DNA of 64,000 nt from an uncultured delta proteobacterium (GTDB lineage: Bacteria > Desulfobacterota > Binatia > UBA9968). Where the stretch lies: positions 800,001 to 864,000 of the forward strand of contig CAVYTU010000014.1 of NCBI GenBank assembly GCA_963771465.1. Reading direction: 5' to 3'. Positions 11,458 through 25,780 of this stretch are shown piece after piece. Position numbers and translations under genes: made by a program. The first letter of the stretch is position 1, and every line of letters starts with the position of its first letter. Under the pieces are notes generated by a model, which made no database searches, was not told the origin of the DNA, and saw only the letters and a list, made by a program, of their open reading frames with translations.

Positions 11458-13378
11458 GTGGCTTATCAACCGATTCAAAACTACGGACTGATTGGCGATC
11501 TGCATACCGCGGCTTTGGTCGGAACGGATGGTTCCATCGATTGGCTCTGTTTCCCGAGTTTCGATTCTCCGAGTGTGTTTGGCGCCATCCTTGACGACCA
11601 CAAGGGCGGACGGTTCAAGATCTGCCCTTTGGCGGAAAATGCGACTTACAAGCAGGTCTACTGGCCGGATACAAATGTTCTCATTACGCGCTTTCTCTCC
11701 CCCGATGGCGTCGGCGAAATCGCCGATTTCATGCCGGTGGACGAACCGGACCGCTGGCATGGCCAGCACCAACTGATTCGTCGGGTCCGTGTCGTGCGCG
11801 GCAGCCTGGCTTTTCGCATGCTATGCCAGCCGGCATTCAATTATGCTCGAGACGACCACCGGGTTAAACCTTATCGTGAAGGCGTGGTATTTCACTCGCC
11901 GAGCTTAAGCCTCGCTTTGGCGACTAAAGTGCCCCTCAAGATTTTCGATGCCCATTCGGTTTGCGCCGAGTTTGTCCTTAAAGAGAACGAGACCGCAACG
12001 TTCCTGCTGCATCAAGTGAGTTCGGATACCGATTGCGGCGAGGGGTTGACCGACGGCGAAACTGAGCGTCTGTTCGAAGGCACGGTTGAGTACTGGCGGC
12101 GCTGGATTTCAAAGTGCAGCTACGTGGGGCGCTGGCGCGAGACCGTTCAGCGCTCGGCGCTGGTTCTCAAGTTGCTCACCTACGAACCGACCGGCGCGAT
12201 TATCGCGGCGCCCACGTGCAGCTTGCCGGAAAACATCGGCGGCGGGCGCAATTGGGACTATCGGTATACGTGGATCCGCGATGCGGCTTTCACTCTTTAT
12301 GCGCTCATGCGCATCGGCTTCACTCAGGAGGCCGCCCGGTTTATCGATTGGCTCGAAGCGCGCACGCACGAATTGGAACCCGATGGTTCGCTGCAGATCA
12401 TGTACGGCGTCGACGGCCGTCACGATCTGCAAGAGGAGACTCTGGATCACCTGGAAGGTTATCGCGGCTCGCGGCCGGTGCGCATCGGCAACGGCGCTTA
12501 CAATCAGCATCAGATCGATATTTACGGCGAACTGCTGGATTCGATCTATCTTTACAACAAATACGGCACGCCGATTTCACACGCGCTGTGGAAAGAAACC
12601 CGGCGGATGCTCAATTGGGTCTGCAAGAATTGGCAGACCAAAGACTTCGGCATTTGGGAAGTACGCGGCGAGCCGCAGGATTTTGTTTATTCAAAACTGA
12701 TGTCTTGGGTGGCGCTCGATCGCGGGTTGCGGCTTGCGGAAAAGCGCTCGTTTCCGGCTGATCGCAATGTCTGGCTCAAGAATCGCGACGCGATTTATGA
12801 GGAGATTTTGACCAAAGGCTGGAGTGAAAAGCTGCAAAGTTTCACGCAATACTACGGCAGCGAATCCCTAGACGCCGCCAATTTGTTGATGCCTTTGGTC
12901 TTTTTTGTTTCACCCACCGATCCGTCGATGCTGCGCACGATCGAGGCGGCCGTGCGCCCGCTCGCCAGCGGCGGCTTGATGTCGAATAGCCTCGTCTATC
13001 GCTACCATTCAAAAAGAAAGATCGATGGCCTGGAAGGGGACGAGGGCACGTTCAATATGTGCACCTTTTGGCTCGTCGAAGCGATGACGCGGGCGGGACG
13101 CACCGATAGAACGGCAGCTCGAACAGGCGCGGTTGATTTTCGAGAGCATGTTGGGCTACGCCAATCACCTCGGTCTTTACGGCGAAGAAACCGGTCCCTG
13201 CGGCGAGACTTTGGGCAATTTCCCCCAAGCGCTGACCCATTTGGCGCTGATCAGCGCCGCGTTCAATCTCAACCGCGCGCTCGGCGCCAACGAGCATGAT
13301 TGGCCGGGATTGCCGGGCTCCGGCCTGCGCGATGGCTCCGGCGCCGGCGCGGAAAGCAAAGGCGAAACGAAAAAATAA
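11458..13378 (+). CDS. glycoside hydrolase family 15 (glucoamylase/trehalase-like); frameshift near 13110
   Basis: Motifs [36 protein letters not shown]. The C-terminal LG.Y.EE...GNFPQALTH is in the shifted frame (ORF 13133-13378). Confidence 0.88.
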
Positions 13379-13566
13379 AAATACCGAATAACTGCGCTAA
13401 AAAGTTGGGCGCTGTGTTAATGAACCATTAAAAAAAATATTTTTGGCGATGCTGCGAGCGCAGCGCCGGGGGCGGGCCTTATCATGGCGGCATGAATGCA
13501 ATATGATAAACCACGTAAACGTCTGGTTCGGAATATCGATCTTTAAGAAAGTAAGTGGAGGACGGG

Positions 13567-15621
<2,055 letters not shown>

Positions 15622-15623
15622 AC

Positions 15624-16082
15624 ATGCGCATCGTCATCGGCGCCGACCATGCGGGCTTTGATTTGAAGCAGACTATCGCCGCCGATTTGCGCCGGCAGGG
15701 ACACGAGATTATCGACAAGGGAACCGACAGCGACGATGCCGTGGATTATCCCGATTTTGCCGAAGCGGTGAGCGGCGTGCTGCGCGCCGGCCAGGCGGAA
15801 CGCGGCGTATTGGTCTGCGGCAGCGGCGTCGGCGCGTCGGTGTCGGCCAATAAGATTCCCGGTATCCGCGCCGGCTTGTGTCACGATACTTATTCGGCGC
15901 GCCAGGGCGTCGAACATGACGACATGAATATCTTAGTCCTCGGCGCGCGGGTTATCGGCGTTGAAATGGCGCGCGAGCTGGTGGACCATTTTCTGGCGGC
16001 GAAGTTTAACGGCGAAGAACGCCACCGAAGGCGCGTCGAAAAGATTAAGGCATTGGAACGGCGCTATGGCAAAACCGCTTGA
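15624..16082 (+). CDS. rpiB: ribose-5-phosphate isomerase B
   Basis: Motifs IGADHAG, DYPD, CGSGVG, ANK..GIRA, RH.RR. Confidence 0.95.
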   Translation: MRIVIGADHAGFDLKQTIAADLRRQGHEIIDKGTDSDDAVDYPDFAEAVSGVLRAGQAERGVLVCGSGVGASVSANKIPGIRAGLCHDTYSARQGVEHDDMNILVLGARVIGVEMARELVDHFLAAKFNGEERHRRRVEKIKALERRYGKTA

Positions 16083-16094
16083 AGGAGACATGAC

Positions 16095-18849
16095 ATGAAT
16101 CCTTTGAAAGAACTTGGCGAACAGGGCCAGTCGATTTGGCTCGATTACATTCGACGAAATCTAATTCGCAGCGGCGAGTTGAAGCGCATGGTCGACGACG
16201 ACGGCATCCGCGGCGTGACCAGCAACCCGACGATTTTTGAAAAGGCGATCGCCGGCAGCACCGACTACGACGACGCGCTGGGTGAGATGCTGGCGCGCGA
16301 CGGTAACGCCGAGGTCGAAAAACTCTACGAGCCGCTCGCCATCGAAGACATTCAAATGGCGGCCGATGTGCTGCGTCCGGTTTACGACGCCACTAACGGT
16401 GAAGACGGCTACGTGAGCCTCGAAGTGTCGCCGCACTTGGCGCACGATACGCAACGGACGATCAACGAAGCCAAGCGACTGCGCGCGGCGGTCAACCGGC
16501 CCAACTTGATGGTCAAGGTGCCGGCGACGAGCGCCGGCATACCCGCCATCGAACAGCTGATCGCCGACGGACTGAGCATCAATGTGACCTTGATGTTCTC
16601 CATGGGCCATTACGAAGCGGTGGCGCGCGCTTATGTGAAAGGCTTGGAGCGGTGCGCGACGCCGGCCAAAGTCGCCTCGGTGGCGTCGTTCTTTGTCAGC
16701 CGGGTCGACACCGCGGTCGACAAGGAATTGGAAAAAAACGGCACCGCGGAAGCCAAAGCGCTCGCCGGCAAGATCGCCATCGCCAATTCCAAAGTTGTCT
16801 ATCGCCGCTTCATGGAAATCTTTCACGGCGAAGGGTTCGCGGCGCTGCGTAGCCGTGGCGCGCGCGTGCAGCGGCCTTTGTGGGCGAGCACGGGAACCAA
16901 GAATCCGGCTTACTCCGATGTGCTTTATGTCGAGAACTTGATCGGCCCGGAAACGGTCAATACGTTGCCGCCCGATACCATCACCGCTTTTCGCGATCAC
17001 GGCAAGATTCCCGGTGCGACAGTCAAAACGGGTTTTGACGAAGCCGACGCGGCCCTGGCCCAGTTGGCGAAGCTTGGCATCAATCTCGATGCGATCACGG
17101 AAAAACTGCAAGTTGACGGCGTAGCGGCGTTCTCGGCTTCCTTCGATCAGCTGATGGGCGCGTTGGAAAAAAAGCGCAGCGCCATGGTTGGCGTTAGGTT
17201 GAACCGCCAAGAGCTTCGTCTCGGCAAATACCGCAAGCGCGTGGAAAAACGGCTCAAGGAGTGGCAGGACGCGCAAGTCGCCAGCCGTATTTGGAATAAG
17301 GATCATACCGTTTGGTCGAAGGATACGCAGCCTGAACTCACCGATCGCTTGGGCTGGCTCGAACTGCCGGAGACGATGGCAAAACAGGTGACGCCGCTTC
17401 GCTGCCTTCGCCGACAAAGTCAAAGCCGACGGCATGAAACATGTCGTGCTGCTCGGCATGGGCGGGTCGAGCTTGGCGCCAGAAGTGTTTCAAGAAACTT
17501 TTGACAATGCGCCGGGCTATCCAAAGTTACGCGTGCTCGATAGCACGCATCCCGCGGCGGTCAAGGCGGTGGAGCGCGAGATCGATTTGGCGCGCACGAT
17601 CTTTCTGGTGTCGAGCAAGTCGGGGACGACGACAGAAACCAATTCATTTTTCTTTTACTTCTGGGACAAACTAAAAAAACTCGGCGCCGATCCCGGCCCG
17701 CACTTCGTCGCCATCACCGATCCGAATACAGCCCTGGAAAAGCTCGCTAGGGAGCGAAACTTTCGCGCTATTTTCAATACGCCGGAAGAAGTCGGCGGGC
17801 GCTACTCCGCCTTGACCCTATTCGGCTTGGTGCCGGCGGCATTGATCGGCGTCGACATCGGCGCCGTGCTGGCGCGCGCCCAGCGCATGAGCGCAGCCTG
17901 CGGCGCGGCGACCGCTGACAGTAGCAATCCCGGCATGATACTCGGTGCCGCTTTGGGCGAGCTGACTTTGGCCAAGCGCGACAAGGTGACGTTTATTTGT
18001 TCGGCGTCGTTGGCGGCATTTCCTTCTTGGGTCGAACAATTGATCGCCGAGAGCACGGGCAAGGAGAAAAAAGGCATCGTGCCGGTGGCCAACGAGGGTG
18101 TCAGCGCGCCGGAAAAATACGGCAGCGACCGCTTCTTCGTTTATCTCAGATTGGCCGGAGATGAAAATCACACGCTCGACCGCCAAGTGGCGGCGCTGGA
18201 GGCCAACGGTCATCCGGTGGCGCAGATCGATGTGAACGACAAGCATGACCTCGGCCAAGAATTTTTCCGCTGGGAGTTCGCCGTGGCGGCGGCCGGCGCG
18301 GCGCTCGCTATCAATCCATTTAACCAGCCCGACGTGCAACTAGCCAAAGACTTGTCCAAGAAGGCGATGAGCGAAAGCGGCGCGAGCGGCACGAAATTCA
18401 AGGATGAAATCGCCGCCGCGGACAGCGCCGTACTGAGCCAAGCGGTAAGCGCTTGGCTCGGCAAGAAAAAGGCGCGCGATTATGTCGTCGTGCAGGCGTA
18501 CATCGAGCCGTCAGCGGAAAATTCAAGCAGTCTGCAAGCGCTCTGCGCCACCATTCAAAGCCGATTGGGGGTCGCAACGACTTTGGGCTTCGGCCCACGC
18601 TTCCTCCATTCCACCGGTCAGCTCCATAAAGGCGGCCCCAATTCGGTGCTAGTGCTACAGATCGTCGATGTGCCCGTCGATAATCTTACTGTACCGGAGA
18701 CGAACTATACGTTTGACGCATTGATCCAGGCCCAGGCGATCGGCGATTTTACCGCGCTGAAGCAAAGACGGCGGCGTGGGCTCAGAGTCAATCTCGGCGG
18801 CGATGTTGCCGGCGGTTTGACGCGCTTGATCGATTCGATACGCGGATAG
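16095..18849 (+). CDS. bifunctional transaldolase / phosphoglucose isomerase; frameshift near 17400
   Basis: Tal domain ([31 protein letters not shown]) followed by PGI/SIS domain ([46 protein letters not shown]). Confidence 0.9.
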
Positions 18850-18879
18850 TCCGAATTCTCCAGGGAAGGAGAAATTACA

Positions 18880-19776
18880 ATGGAACTAGGCATGATCGGG
18901 CTCGGCCGGATGGGTGCTAACATGACCGAGCGGTTGGTGCTCGGCGGCCATCAGGTGGTTACTTACGATCGCAGCGCCGAGGCGATCCAACGGGTCGTTG
19001 ACAAGGGCGCCACGGGCGCAGTGTCGCTCGCCGACTTCGTCAAAAAATTATCGCTGCCGCGGGCCATCTGGCTGATGGTGCCGTCGGGCGATCCGGTGGA
19101 TCAGACGATGGATCAGTTGCTGCCAAACTTGACCAAAGGCGATATCATCGTCGACGGCGGCAACTCCAACTACAAAGATTCGATCCGGCGCGCCGAAAAA
19201 ATGAAAGCTCACGGCATGCACTTCATCGATGCCGGCACCAGCGGCGGCATTTGGGGTTTGCAGAACGGCTACTGCCTGATGGTCGGCGGCGACAAAGAAA
19301 TCGTCGGCCGTTTGGAACCGATTTTTCTCACTCTCGCGCCCAAGGATGGCTATCTCCACGCCGGACCGAACGGCGCCGGCCACTTCGTCAAGATGATCCA
19401 CAACGGCATCGAGTACGGCATGATGCAAGCCTACGGCGAGGGCTTCGAGTTGCTCAAAGCTTCTCAGTTCGATCTCGATTTAGCAAAAATTTCTCACCTG
19501 TGGAATCAGGGCAGCGTGGTTCGCTCTTGGTTATTGGAGCTCTGCGAGAGCGCTTTTGAAAAAGATCCCAAGCTCGACTCGATCAAAGGTTACGTCGAAG
19601 ATTCCGGCGAAGGGCGCTGGACGGTCATCGAGGCGATCGAACGGGGCGTGTCGGCGACGGTTTTAGCCCATTCACTCTTCGCCCGCTACGCGTCGCGCCA
19701 GCAGGATGCATTTTCCAACAAAGTTATCGCCGCGCTGCGCAACGAGTTCGGCGGCCACGCGGTGAAAAAGGGCTAG
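18880..19776 (+). CDS. gnd: 6-phosphogluconate dehydrogenase, decarboxylating (short form)
   Basis: Motifs GLGRMG, DGGNS, D.GTSGG, GHFVKMIHNGIEYG, RNEFGGH. Confidence 0.95.
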   Translation: MELGMIGLGRMGANMTERLVLGGHQVVTYDRSAEAIQRVVDKGATGAVSLADFVKKLSLPRAIWLMVPSGDPVDQTMDQLLPNLTKGDIIVDGGNSNYKDSIRRAEKMKAHGMHFIDAGTSGGIWGLQNGYCLMVGGDKEIVGRLEPIFLTLAPKDGYLHAGPNGAGHFVKMIHNGIEYGMMQAYGEGFELLKASQFDLDLAKISHLWNQGSVVRSWLLELCESAFEKDPKLDSIKGYVEDSGEGRWTVIEAIERGVSATVLAHSLFARYASRQQDAFSNKVIAALRNEFGGHAVKKG

Positions 19777-19781
19777 GGCTG

Positions 19782-21325
19782 ATGGCGAGCGATCCGCACG
19801 ATTATGTCCCCGCCGGTTTGAGCCAGGTGAAAAAGCCGCATGGCTGCGTGATGGCCATCTTCGGCGCTTCTGGCGATCTCACCAAACGAAAGCTGATTCC
19901 CGCGCTTTACAATCTGGCTTTGGAAAAGCGGCTGCCGGAGCGCTTCGCCGTGGTCGGGTACGCGCGCAGCGAGATGACCGATGAGTCGTTCCGTGACAAA
20001 ATGCGCGAAGCGGTCAAAGAGTTTTCCCGCACCGGGTTGAAAGACGACGTCTGGCAGCAGTTCGCCAAAACGCTTTACTACGTGCGCGGCGGCTACGAGG
20101 ATCACGATGGCTTTCAGAAGTTAAAAGAGTTCGTCGAAGGGTTCGACCGTGGCAGCCGGGTGTTGCCGGCGCGGGTTTTCTATCTCGCCACGCCGCCGGA
20201 CGTCTATGAAAAATTGATCGAATGCATTGCCGGCGCGGGCTTGGCACCTAAGGAAACTCGATGGTGAGCCGCGCGCCCGCGTGGTGATCGAGAAACCGTT
20301 CGGCACCGACTTGCAAACTGCGCGCGAGCTCAATCGCCGCATTCACGAATTCTTGGATGAGCGGCAAATTTACCGGATCGATCACTACCTCGGCAAAGAA
20401 ACCGTGCAGAACATCATGGTGTTCCGTTTCGCCAACGCGGTGTTCGAGCCGATCTGGAACCGGCGCTACGTCGACCACGTGCAAATCACCGCGGCCGAAA
20501 CCGTGGGGGTGGAAAACCGCGGTGGCTATTACGAACAAGCCGGCGTGGTGCGCGACATGTTTCAAAACCATTTGCTGCAGCTCCTCTGCATGACGGCGAT
20601 GGAGCCGCCGGTGGGGCTCGATGCCGACTCGGTGCGCGATGAGAAAGGCAAGCTGCTCAAGTCGGTTCGTCCCGTCGCGTCGGAGGAAGTCGCGGCCGCG
20701 GCGGTGCGCGGCCAGTACGGGCCCGGCAGGATAGACGGTCGAGGAAATGGTCGGCTATCGACAAGAGCCTGGCGTCGCGAAGAATTCCACGAACGTCACC
20801 TATGCGGCGATCCGGTTCTTTATCGACAACTGGCGCTGGGAAGGCGTGCCGTTTTATCTGCGCTCGGGCAAGCATCTGGCCAAGCGCGTCTCCGAAATCG
20901 CCATTCAGTTTAAGCGCCCGCCAATGCTGCTGTTCAAATCCCATGCCGTCGAAGACGTCAACCCCAACGTGCTGGTCATGCGCATTCAGCCCGATGAAGG
21001 CGTGTCTTTGACCTTCGAAGTCAAACCGCCAGGACACGACATGGTCATCCGCCCATTGAGCCTTGATTTTAACTACGAGGAATCTTTCGGCAACAGCCCG
21101 CCCGAGGCGTACGAAACGCTTCTGGAAGATTGCATCGAGGGCGATTCGACATTGTTCACGCGCCATGATTGGGTGGAGTTGGCTTGGTCGCTGGTGGATC
21201 CGATTATTCAGGTTTGGAATCTGAGCAAGCCGAGAAATTTTCCCAACTATGAGGCCGGCTCGTGGGGGCCGAAGGAAGCCGACGAGTTCATGCAACGCGA
21301 CGGCCGGCGCTGGCGTAAACCGTGA
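19782..21325 (+). CDS. zwf: glucose-6-phosphate dehydrogenase; frameshifts near 20260 and 20745
   Basis: Motifs [35 protein letters not shown] and [12 protein letters not shown] spread across three overlapping ORFs. Confidence 0.93.
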
Positions 21326-22380
21326 GCGAAGAAAAATCAGCCGCAACTACGCAAGGCAGGCAAAAGAAGAAATCGCCTATGGCCCATAGAGATCTCGTCC
21401 TCGCCGGCGATATCGGCGGCACCAAAACTAATCTCGCGCTGTTCTCGGTGCACGGTGAAAAACTGCGTTCCGAATCGCTGCAGACGTTTCCGAGCAAACA
21501 ATATTCAGGTCTGGTGCCGGTGTTGAAAGAATTTCTCGCCCGCGATGACCATAGCATCGACGCGGCTTGTTTCGGCATCGCCGGCCCGGTGGTTGACGGC
21601 AAAGTCAAAACCCCCAATCTGCCCTGGATGATCGATACGGCTGAATTACGCCGCGCCTTGAAACTCGATTCCGTCATCCTGCTCAACGATCTCGAAGCCG
21701 GCGCCTATGGGATCTTTACTCTGGACGATGATGAACTTTACACCCTCAACAAAGGCATCATGCGCCAGTCGGGTAGCAAGGCGCTGATCGCCGCCGGCAC
21801 GGGACTCGGCCAAGCGATCTTGTACGACGACGGCCGCCACTTTCATCCGCTCGCTTCCGAAGGCGGCCACGCCGACTTCGCGCCGCGCGACGAGTTGGAA
21901 ATCGAGCTGCTGCGTTACTTGATCGGCCGCTTCGGTCACGTGAGCTACGAACGGGTGCTTTCCGGTCCTGGACTTTTTAACATTTATCGCTTCTTGAAAG
22001 AGAGCCGCGGCATGGAAGAGCCGAAATCACTCACCGAGCAGTTCGCCGCCGCCGCCGATCCGAGCGCCGTGGTTTCCAAGGCGGGGCTCGCCGGCGAGGC
22101 CGAAATTTGCGTGAAGAGTTTAGAATTGTTCGTCTCGCTCTACGGCGCGGAGGCGGGCAATCTCGCACTACTCGCGAAATCGGTGCGCGGTCTTTACATC
22201 GGCGGCGGCATCGCGCCCAAGATTCTCGCCAAACTGAAAGACGGGACCTTCATGCGCGCGTTCGTCGACAAGGGACGCTACACCGACCTGCTCGCGGGTA
22301 TTCCCGTTCAAGTGGTGCTCAACGATAAAGCGGCGCTGCGCGGCGCCGCCTACTACGCCGCGTATCTCGCCGGTGACTAA
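21322..22380 (+). CDS. glk: glucokinase
   Basis: Motifs LAGDIGGTKT, ND.EA, GTGLG, SEGGH, GGGIAPKI, F.DKGR. Alternative start at ATG 21379. Confidence 0.93.
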   Translation: MSEEKSAATTQGRQKKKSPMAHRDLVLAGDIGGTKTNLALFSVHGEKLRSESLQTFPSKQYSGLVPVLKEFLARDDHSIDAACFGIAGPVVDGKVKTPNLPWMIDTAELRRALKLDSVILLNDLEAGAYGIFTLDDDELYTLNKGIMRQSGSKALIAAGTGLGQAILYDDGRHFHPLASEGGHADFAPRDELEIELLRYLIGRFGHVSYERVLSGPGLFNIYRFLKESRGMEEPKSLTEQFAAAADPSAVVSKAGLAGEAEICVKSLELFVSLYGAEAGNLALLAKSVRGLYIGGGIAPKILAKLKDGTFMRAFVDKGRYTDLLAGIPVQVVLNDKAALRGAAYYAAYLAGD

Positions 22381-23125
22381 CCGAGAAATTATTATCTGCC
22401 GCGACATCGGCGAACTCAGCCGCAAGGCGGCAGAGCAATTCGTCGCACTGGCGCGCCAAGCGATCGCCGCCCACGGACGCTTCAGCGTCGCGCTCTCCGG
22501 CGGTTCAACGCCGAAGGCGCTTTACTCGACGTTGGCAACCGCGGAATTCAATTTGCAGCTCGCGTGGCGGCAAATTCATCTTTTCTGGGGTGATGAGCGC
22601 TGCGTGGCGCCGGATCATGCCGAGAGCAATTTTCGCATGGTCAAAGAATCGCTGCTGTCGAAGATACTCATTCCCGCCGAGAACGTGCATCGCATGATCG
22701 GCGAATTGGAGCCCGCCGCCGCCGCGGCGGCATATGAGACCGAGCTGCGGCAATTTTTCTCGTTGTCAGCGAAACAGTTGCCCCGCTTCGATCTGATTCT
22801 TCTCGGACTCGGCGAAGATGGCCATACGGCGTCATTGTTTCCCCAGAGTTCGGCGTTGAACGAAACCGAGCGTTTGGTAGCGACGACGTATGTCGAAAAG
22901 CTCGACGCGCATCGGCTGACGCTGACGTTTGCCGTGATCAACAACGCCGCGCAGATCACTTGCTCGATCGCCGGGCAGAGCAAAGCGGCGATCGTGAAAG
23001 AAATTCTAACTACCGAAAAGTGCGACTACCCCGCCGCGAGGATTAGGCCCGAGAACGGTCAATTGATCTGGTTAGTCACTCAAGACGCCGCCAGCGATCT
23101 GGCAATCGGATCAACTGTCATTTGA
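22373..23125 (+). CDS. pgl: 6-phosphogluconolactonase
   Basis: Motifs ALSGGSTP, WGDER.V, SN, LLG.G.DGHTASLFP. Confidence 0.95.
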   Translation: MTNREIIICRDIGELSRKAAEQFVALARQAIAAHGRFSVALSGGSTPKALYSTLATAEFNLQLAWRQIHLFWGDERCVAPDHAESNFRMVKESLLSKILIPAENVHRMIGELEPAAAAAAYETELRQFFSLSAKQLPRFDLILLGLGEDGHTASLFPQSSALNETERLVATTYVEKLDAHRLTLTFAVINNAAQITCSIAGQSKAAIVKEILTTEKCDYPAARIRPENGQLIWLVTQDAASDLAIGSTVI

Positions 23126-23708
23126 TTTTGGTTAATTCGCGGCGAATCTGCTCGTTGGTCGCTCGTTTCTGGTAATTCACTTCGACAAATTTCCACCGCA
23201 CCACCCCTTTCGGATCGATCACGTAAGTCGACGGATGCGGCCAGCCCTTGCCGTCCGAGTTAAAAATGCCGTAGCGGTCGATCACTTTGTGATCTTTGTC
23301 CTCGAGCAACGGGAAATCGAACTCGCCGTCGAAACGTTTGCGTAGCATCTCGCCGAATTTCTTCGATTCCTCGTGATTGTCAACGCTGACGGCGAGGATT
23401 TGGACTTTGTCTTTCTGCGTTTTGGTTAAAAGGCTTTTCAGCTTCCCGAGCTGTTCTATGCAGAAAGTTCACCAATAGCCCCGGTAGAAAACCAAGACGA
23501 CGGACTTCTTGGCGCGGAAGTCCGATAAACTAATCGCTTTGCCGTCACTATCTTCAAGCGTAAAATCAGGCGCCGGTTGGCCGACCTTGACACGGTCGAT
23601 ATCGGTCGCGGGTTGAGTCACGGGATCTTTTGGGCCCAACTGGGCTAACGCGGCGGCGCTCACTGTGCCGGCCAAGACTAAGGCTGCCAGGGTCAAAGAT
23701 GTTTTCAT
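23118..23708 (-). CDS. secreted AhpC/TSA (peroxiredoxin-like) selenoprotein with UxxC motif (in-frame TGA at 23471-23469)
   Basis: Two ORF-track fragments are in the same frame and joined by a single TGA: ...APDFTL...VLVFYRGYW-U-TFCIEQLGKL...FPLLED...P.TYVID.KG.VRW. A SECIS-like hairpin follows. Confidence 0.88.
23439..23453 (-). promoter_or_regulatory. putative bacterial SECIS element
   Basis: CAGCU-CGGGA-AGCUG hairpin; the loop begins 21 nt after the UGA. Confidence 0.7.
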
Positions 23709-23747
23709 CGAATTTCTCCTACCAATGAATAACCCACGCTGAGGTAT

Positions 23748-24575
23748 TTAGTTCCCGGGAAACTGCCGTGAAATCGCGGCGCGCGCCGGTATGGTTACAT
23801 AGGGGCGAAAGCGGCGTTGAGCGATGGCGCGGAATAAGCCCGGCGCGAACCGTTTGAGCGCGCACACGAGCGCGAGCCAGCGCGGCATGACCACTTCGAA
23901 CTGGTTTTTCTCGATGGCGCCGATGACTGCGTGCGCAACCGCCGCCGGGTTGATGTACAGCTGGGGCGGCGATTTGGGTTCGCTGTCTTCGAACTCGTGG
24001 CTGAACTGCGTGCTGACGGGTCCGGGGCAAACCACCGAAACGTTGATGCCTAGCGGTTTGAGCTCGTGGTAAAGGCTCTCCGACCAGCCGTTCATGGCGA
24101 ATTTCGACGCGCAGTAACCCGCCATGTTGAGCGTGCCGATCTTGCCGGCGCCCGAGGAGATATTGACGATATGGCCCGACCCTCTGGCGATCATCGATGG
24201 CAGGACTGCATGGGTGCAGTAGACGGCGCCGAGATAATTCGTCCGCATGATCGCTTCGATCGTTTCCACCGGCGTGTCGACAAAGGGTTTGCGCATGCCA
24301 ATACCGGCGTTGTTAATCAAGATATCGATCCTGCCGAAATCGGCGAGCACTTTAAGCATCATGTCGTTAACTTGCTCGGCGTCGCCAATGTCGCAAGCGA
24401 TCATCAACGACTTGGGATCGGATTTGCGAACTGCTTTAAGAGTTTCGACCAGCCGTTCGCGCGCCCGGCCGCAGCCGACGACAACGGCGCCTCGGGCGGC
24501 GAGATCGATGGCGAGCTGTTTGCCGATACCATCTGACGCGCCGGTAATGAAAATGATTCGATCCTTAAGATCCAT
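23748..24575 (-). CDS. short-chain dehydrogenase/reductase
   Basis: Motifs TGASDGIG, NNAG, YCASK. Confidence 0.92.
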   Translation of the reverse strand: MDLKDRIIFITGASDGIGKQLAIDLAARGAVVVGCGRARERLVETLKAVRKSDPKSLMIACDIGDAEQVNDMMLKVLADFGRIDILINNAGIGMRKPFVDTPVETIEAIMRTNYLGAVYCTHAVLPSMIARGSGHIVNISSGAGKIGTLNMAGYCASKFAMNGWSESLYHELKPLGINVSVVCPGPVSTQFSHEFEDSEPKSPPQLYINPAAVAHAVIGAIEKNQFEVVMPRWLALVCALKRFAPGLFRAIAQRRFRPYVTIPARAAISRQFPGN

Positions 24576-24698
24576 GACTCACAGTTAAGGTTTTCCGGAA
24601 AGACGCTAAGACTACCAAGCTAAGACAAGTCCGAAGATATTTCCGCTGTAAATTTTGACTTGATGTGCGTGTGGTTTGTCATCCAATCTCCCTGAGGT

Positions 24699-25607
24699 TC
24701 ACAGCGGCATGCAGGCTTGCAGGGCTTCGGGCAGATTCGGGAAGTCGAACTGGAAGCCCAGATTCTGTGCTACCACGGGAATGACTCGTTGACCGGTGAG
24801 CAGCATGTCGGCGATGTCGCCTAGGCCAAGTCGAAGTGCGAATCCCGGCACCGGCGCCCAGCAAGGCCGGTGCAGCACGTGGCCAAGAGTTTGGCAGAAC
24901 TCTTTGTTGCGCACCGGATTGGGCGCGGTGGCGTTGATCGCGCCGCTGGCTTGTTGATTATCGATGACATGAAGAATCAAGCGCACTTCATCTTCCAGGT
25001 GGATCCACGACATCCACTGTTTACCCGAGCCGATGGGCCCGCCGAAAAAAAATTTAAACGGCTCGACCATTTTGGTCAACGCGCCGCCGCCGTGGCCGAG
25101 CACGATGCCGGTGCGCAGGCGGACAACACGCATACCGAGAGCTTCGGCTTTCTTCGCTTCCTCTTCCCAATCGCGGCAGAGCCGGCTCAGAAAATCCGCT
25201 CCCGGCGGCTCGGTCTCGGTGATCTCTTCGTCGTCGCGCGCGCCATAGTACCCAATCGCCGAAGCGTTGATGAGAAACTTCGGTTTCTGTTTTGCCTTGG
25301 CGCAAGCTTGAACCAGGCTTTGGGTGGCGTCGACGCGGCTTTTGACCAAACGGCGGCGCTGCGTGTGGGTCCAGTTCCTTTCCGCGAGCGGCTCACCGGA
25401 GAGATTGATAACGCCGTCTGCGCCGTCTAGTTCCACGTCCCAATCGCGCAGCGCGCCGGGCGTCCAGTGTTGCCAACGCTTAACACCGGTGCTGGCGTCG
25501 CGTGGCGTGCCGCGGGTGAAGAGAATCAAGCTATGGCCTTGCTCTAATAGCCGTGGGCAAAGGGCGCTGCCAATAAAGCCGGTTGCGCCAGTGACGACCA
25601 ATCTCAT
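24699..25607 (-). CDS. TIGR01777 family NAD-dependent epimerase/oxidoreductase (YfcH-like)
   Basis: Motifs TGATGFIG, SA.GYYG, RTGIVL, G.QW.SWIH, N.TAP.PV.N. Confidence 0.9.
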   Translation of the reverse strand: MRLVVTGATGFIGSALCPRLLEQGHSLILFTRGTPRDASTGVKRWQHWTPGALRDWDVELDGADGVINLSGEPLAERNWTHTQRRRLVKSRVDATQSLVQACAKAKQKPKFLINASAIGYYGARDDEEITETEPPGADFLSRLCRDWEEEAKKAEALGMRVVRLRTGIVLGHGGGALTKMVEPFKFFFGGPIGSGKQWMSWIHLEDEVRLILHVIDNQQASGAINATAPNPVRNKEFCQTLGHVLHRPCWAPVPGFALRLGLGDIADMLLTGQRVIPVVAQNLGFQFDFPNLPEALQACMPL

Positions 25608-25780
25608 GATGCGTTGTTCTCCAGTCCCGATGGCGGAAACGTTCGCCACCCAGCCATGAAACATTTTCCGCGAGGCGGAGTCAAGGTAAAGCTAGTCCGG
25701 GCGCGATACGGGTCATTGTCCTTGTTATTGGCATAGAAGCGAATAGAATGGCGGCACCTTTTTTTCTAGAGAGTCTACGC

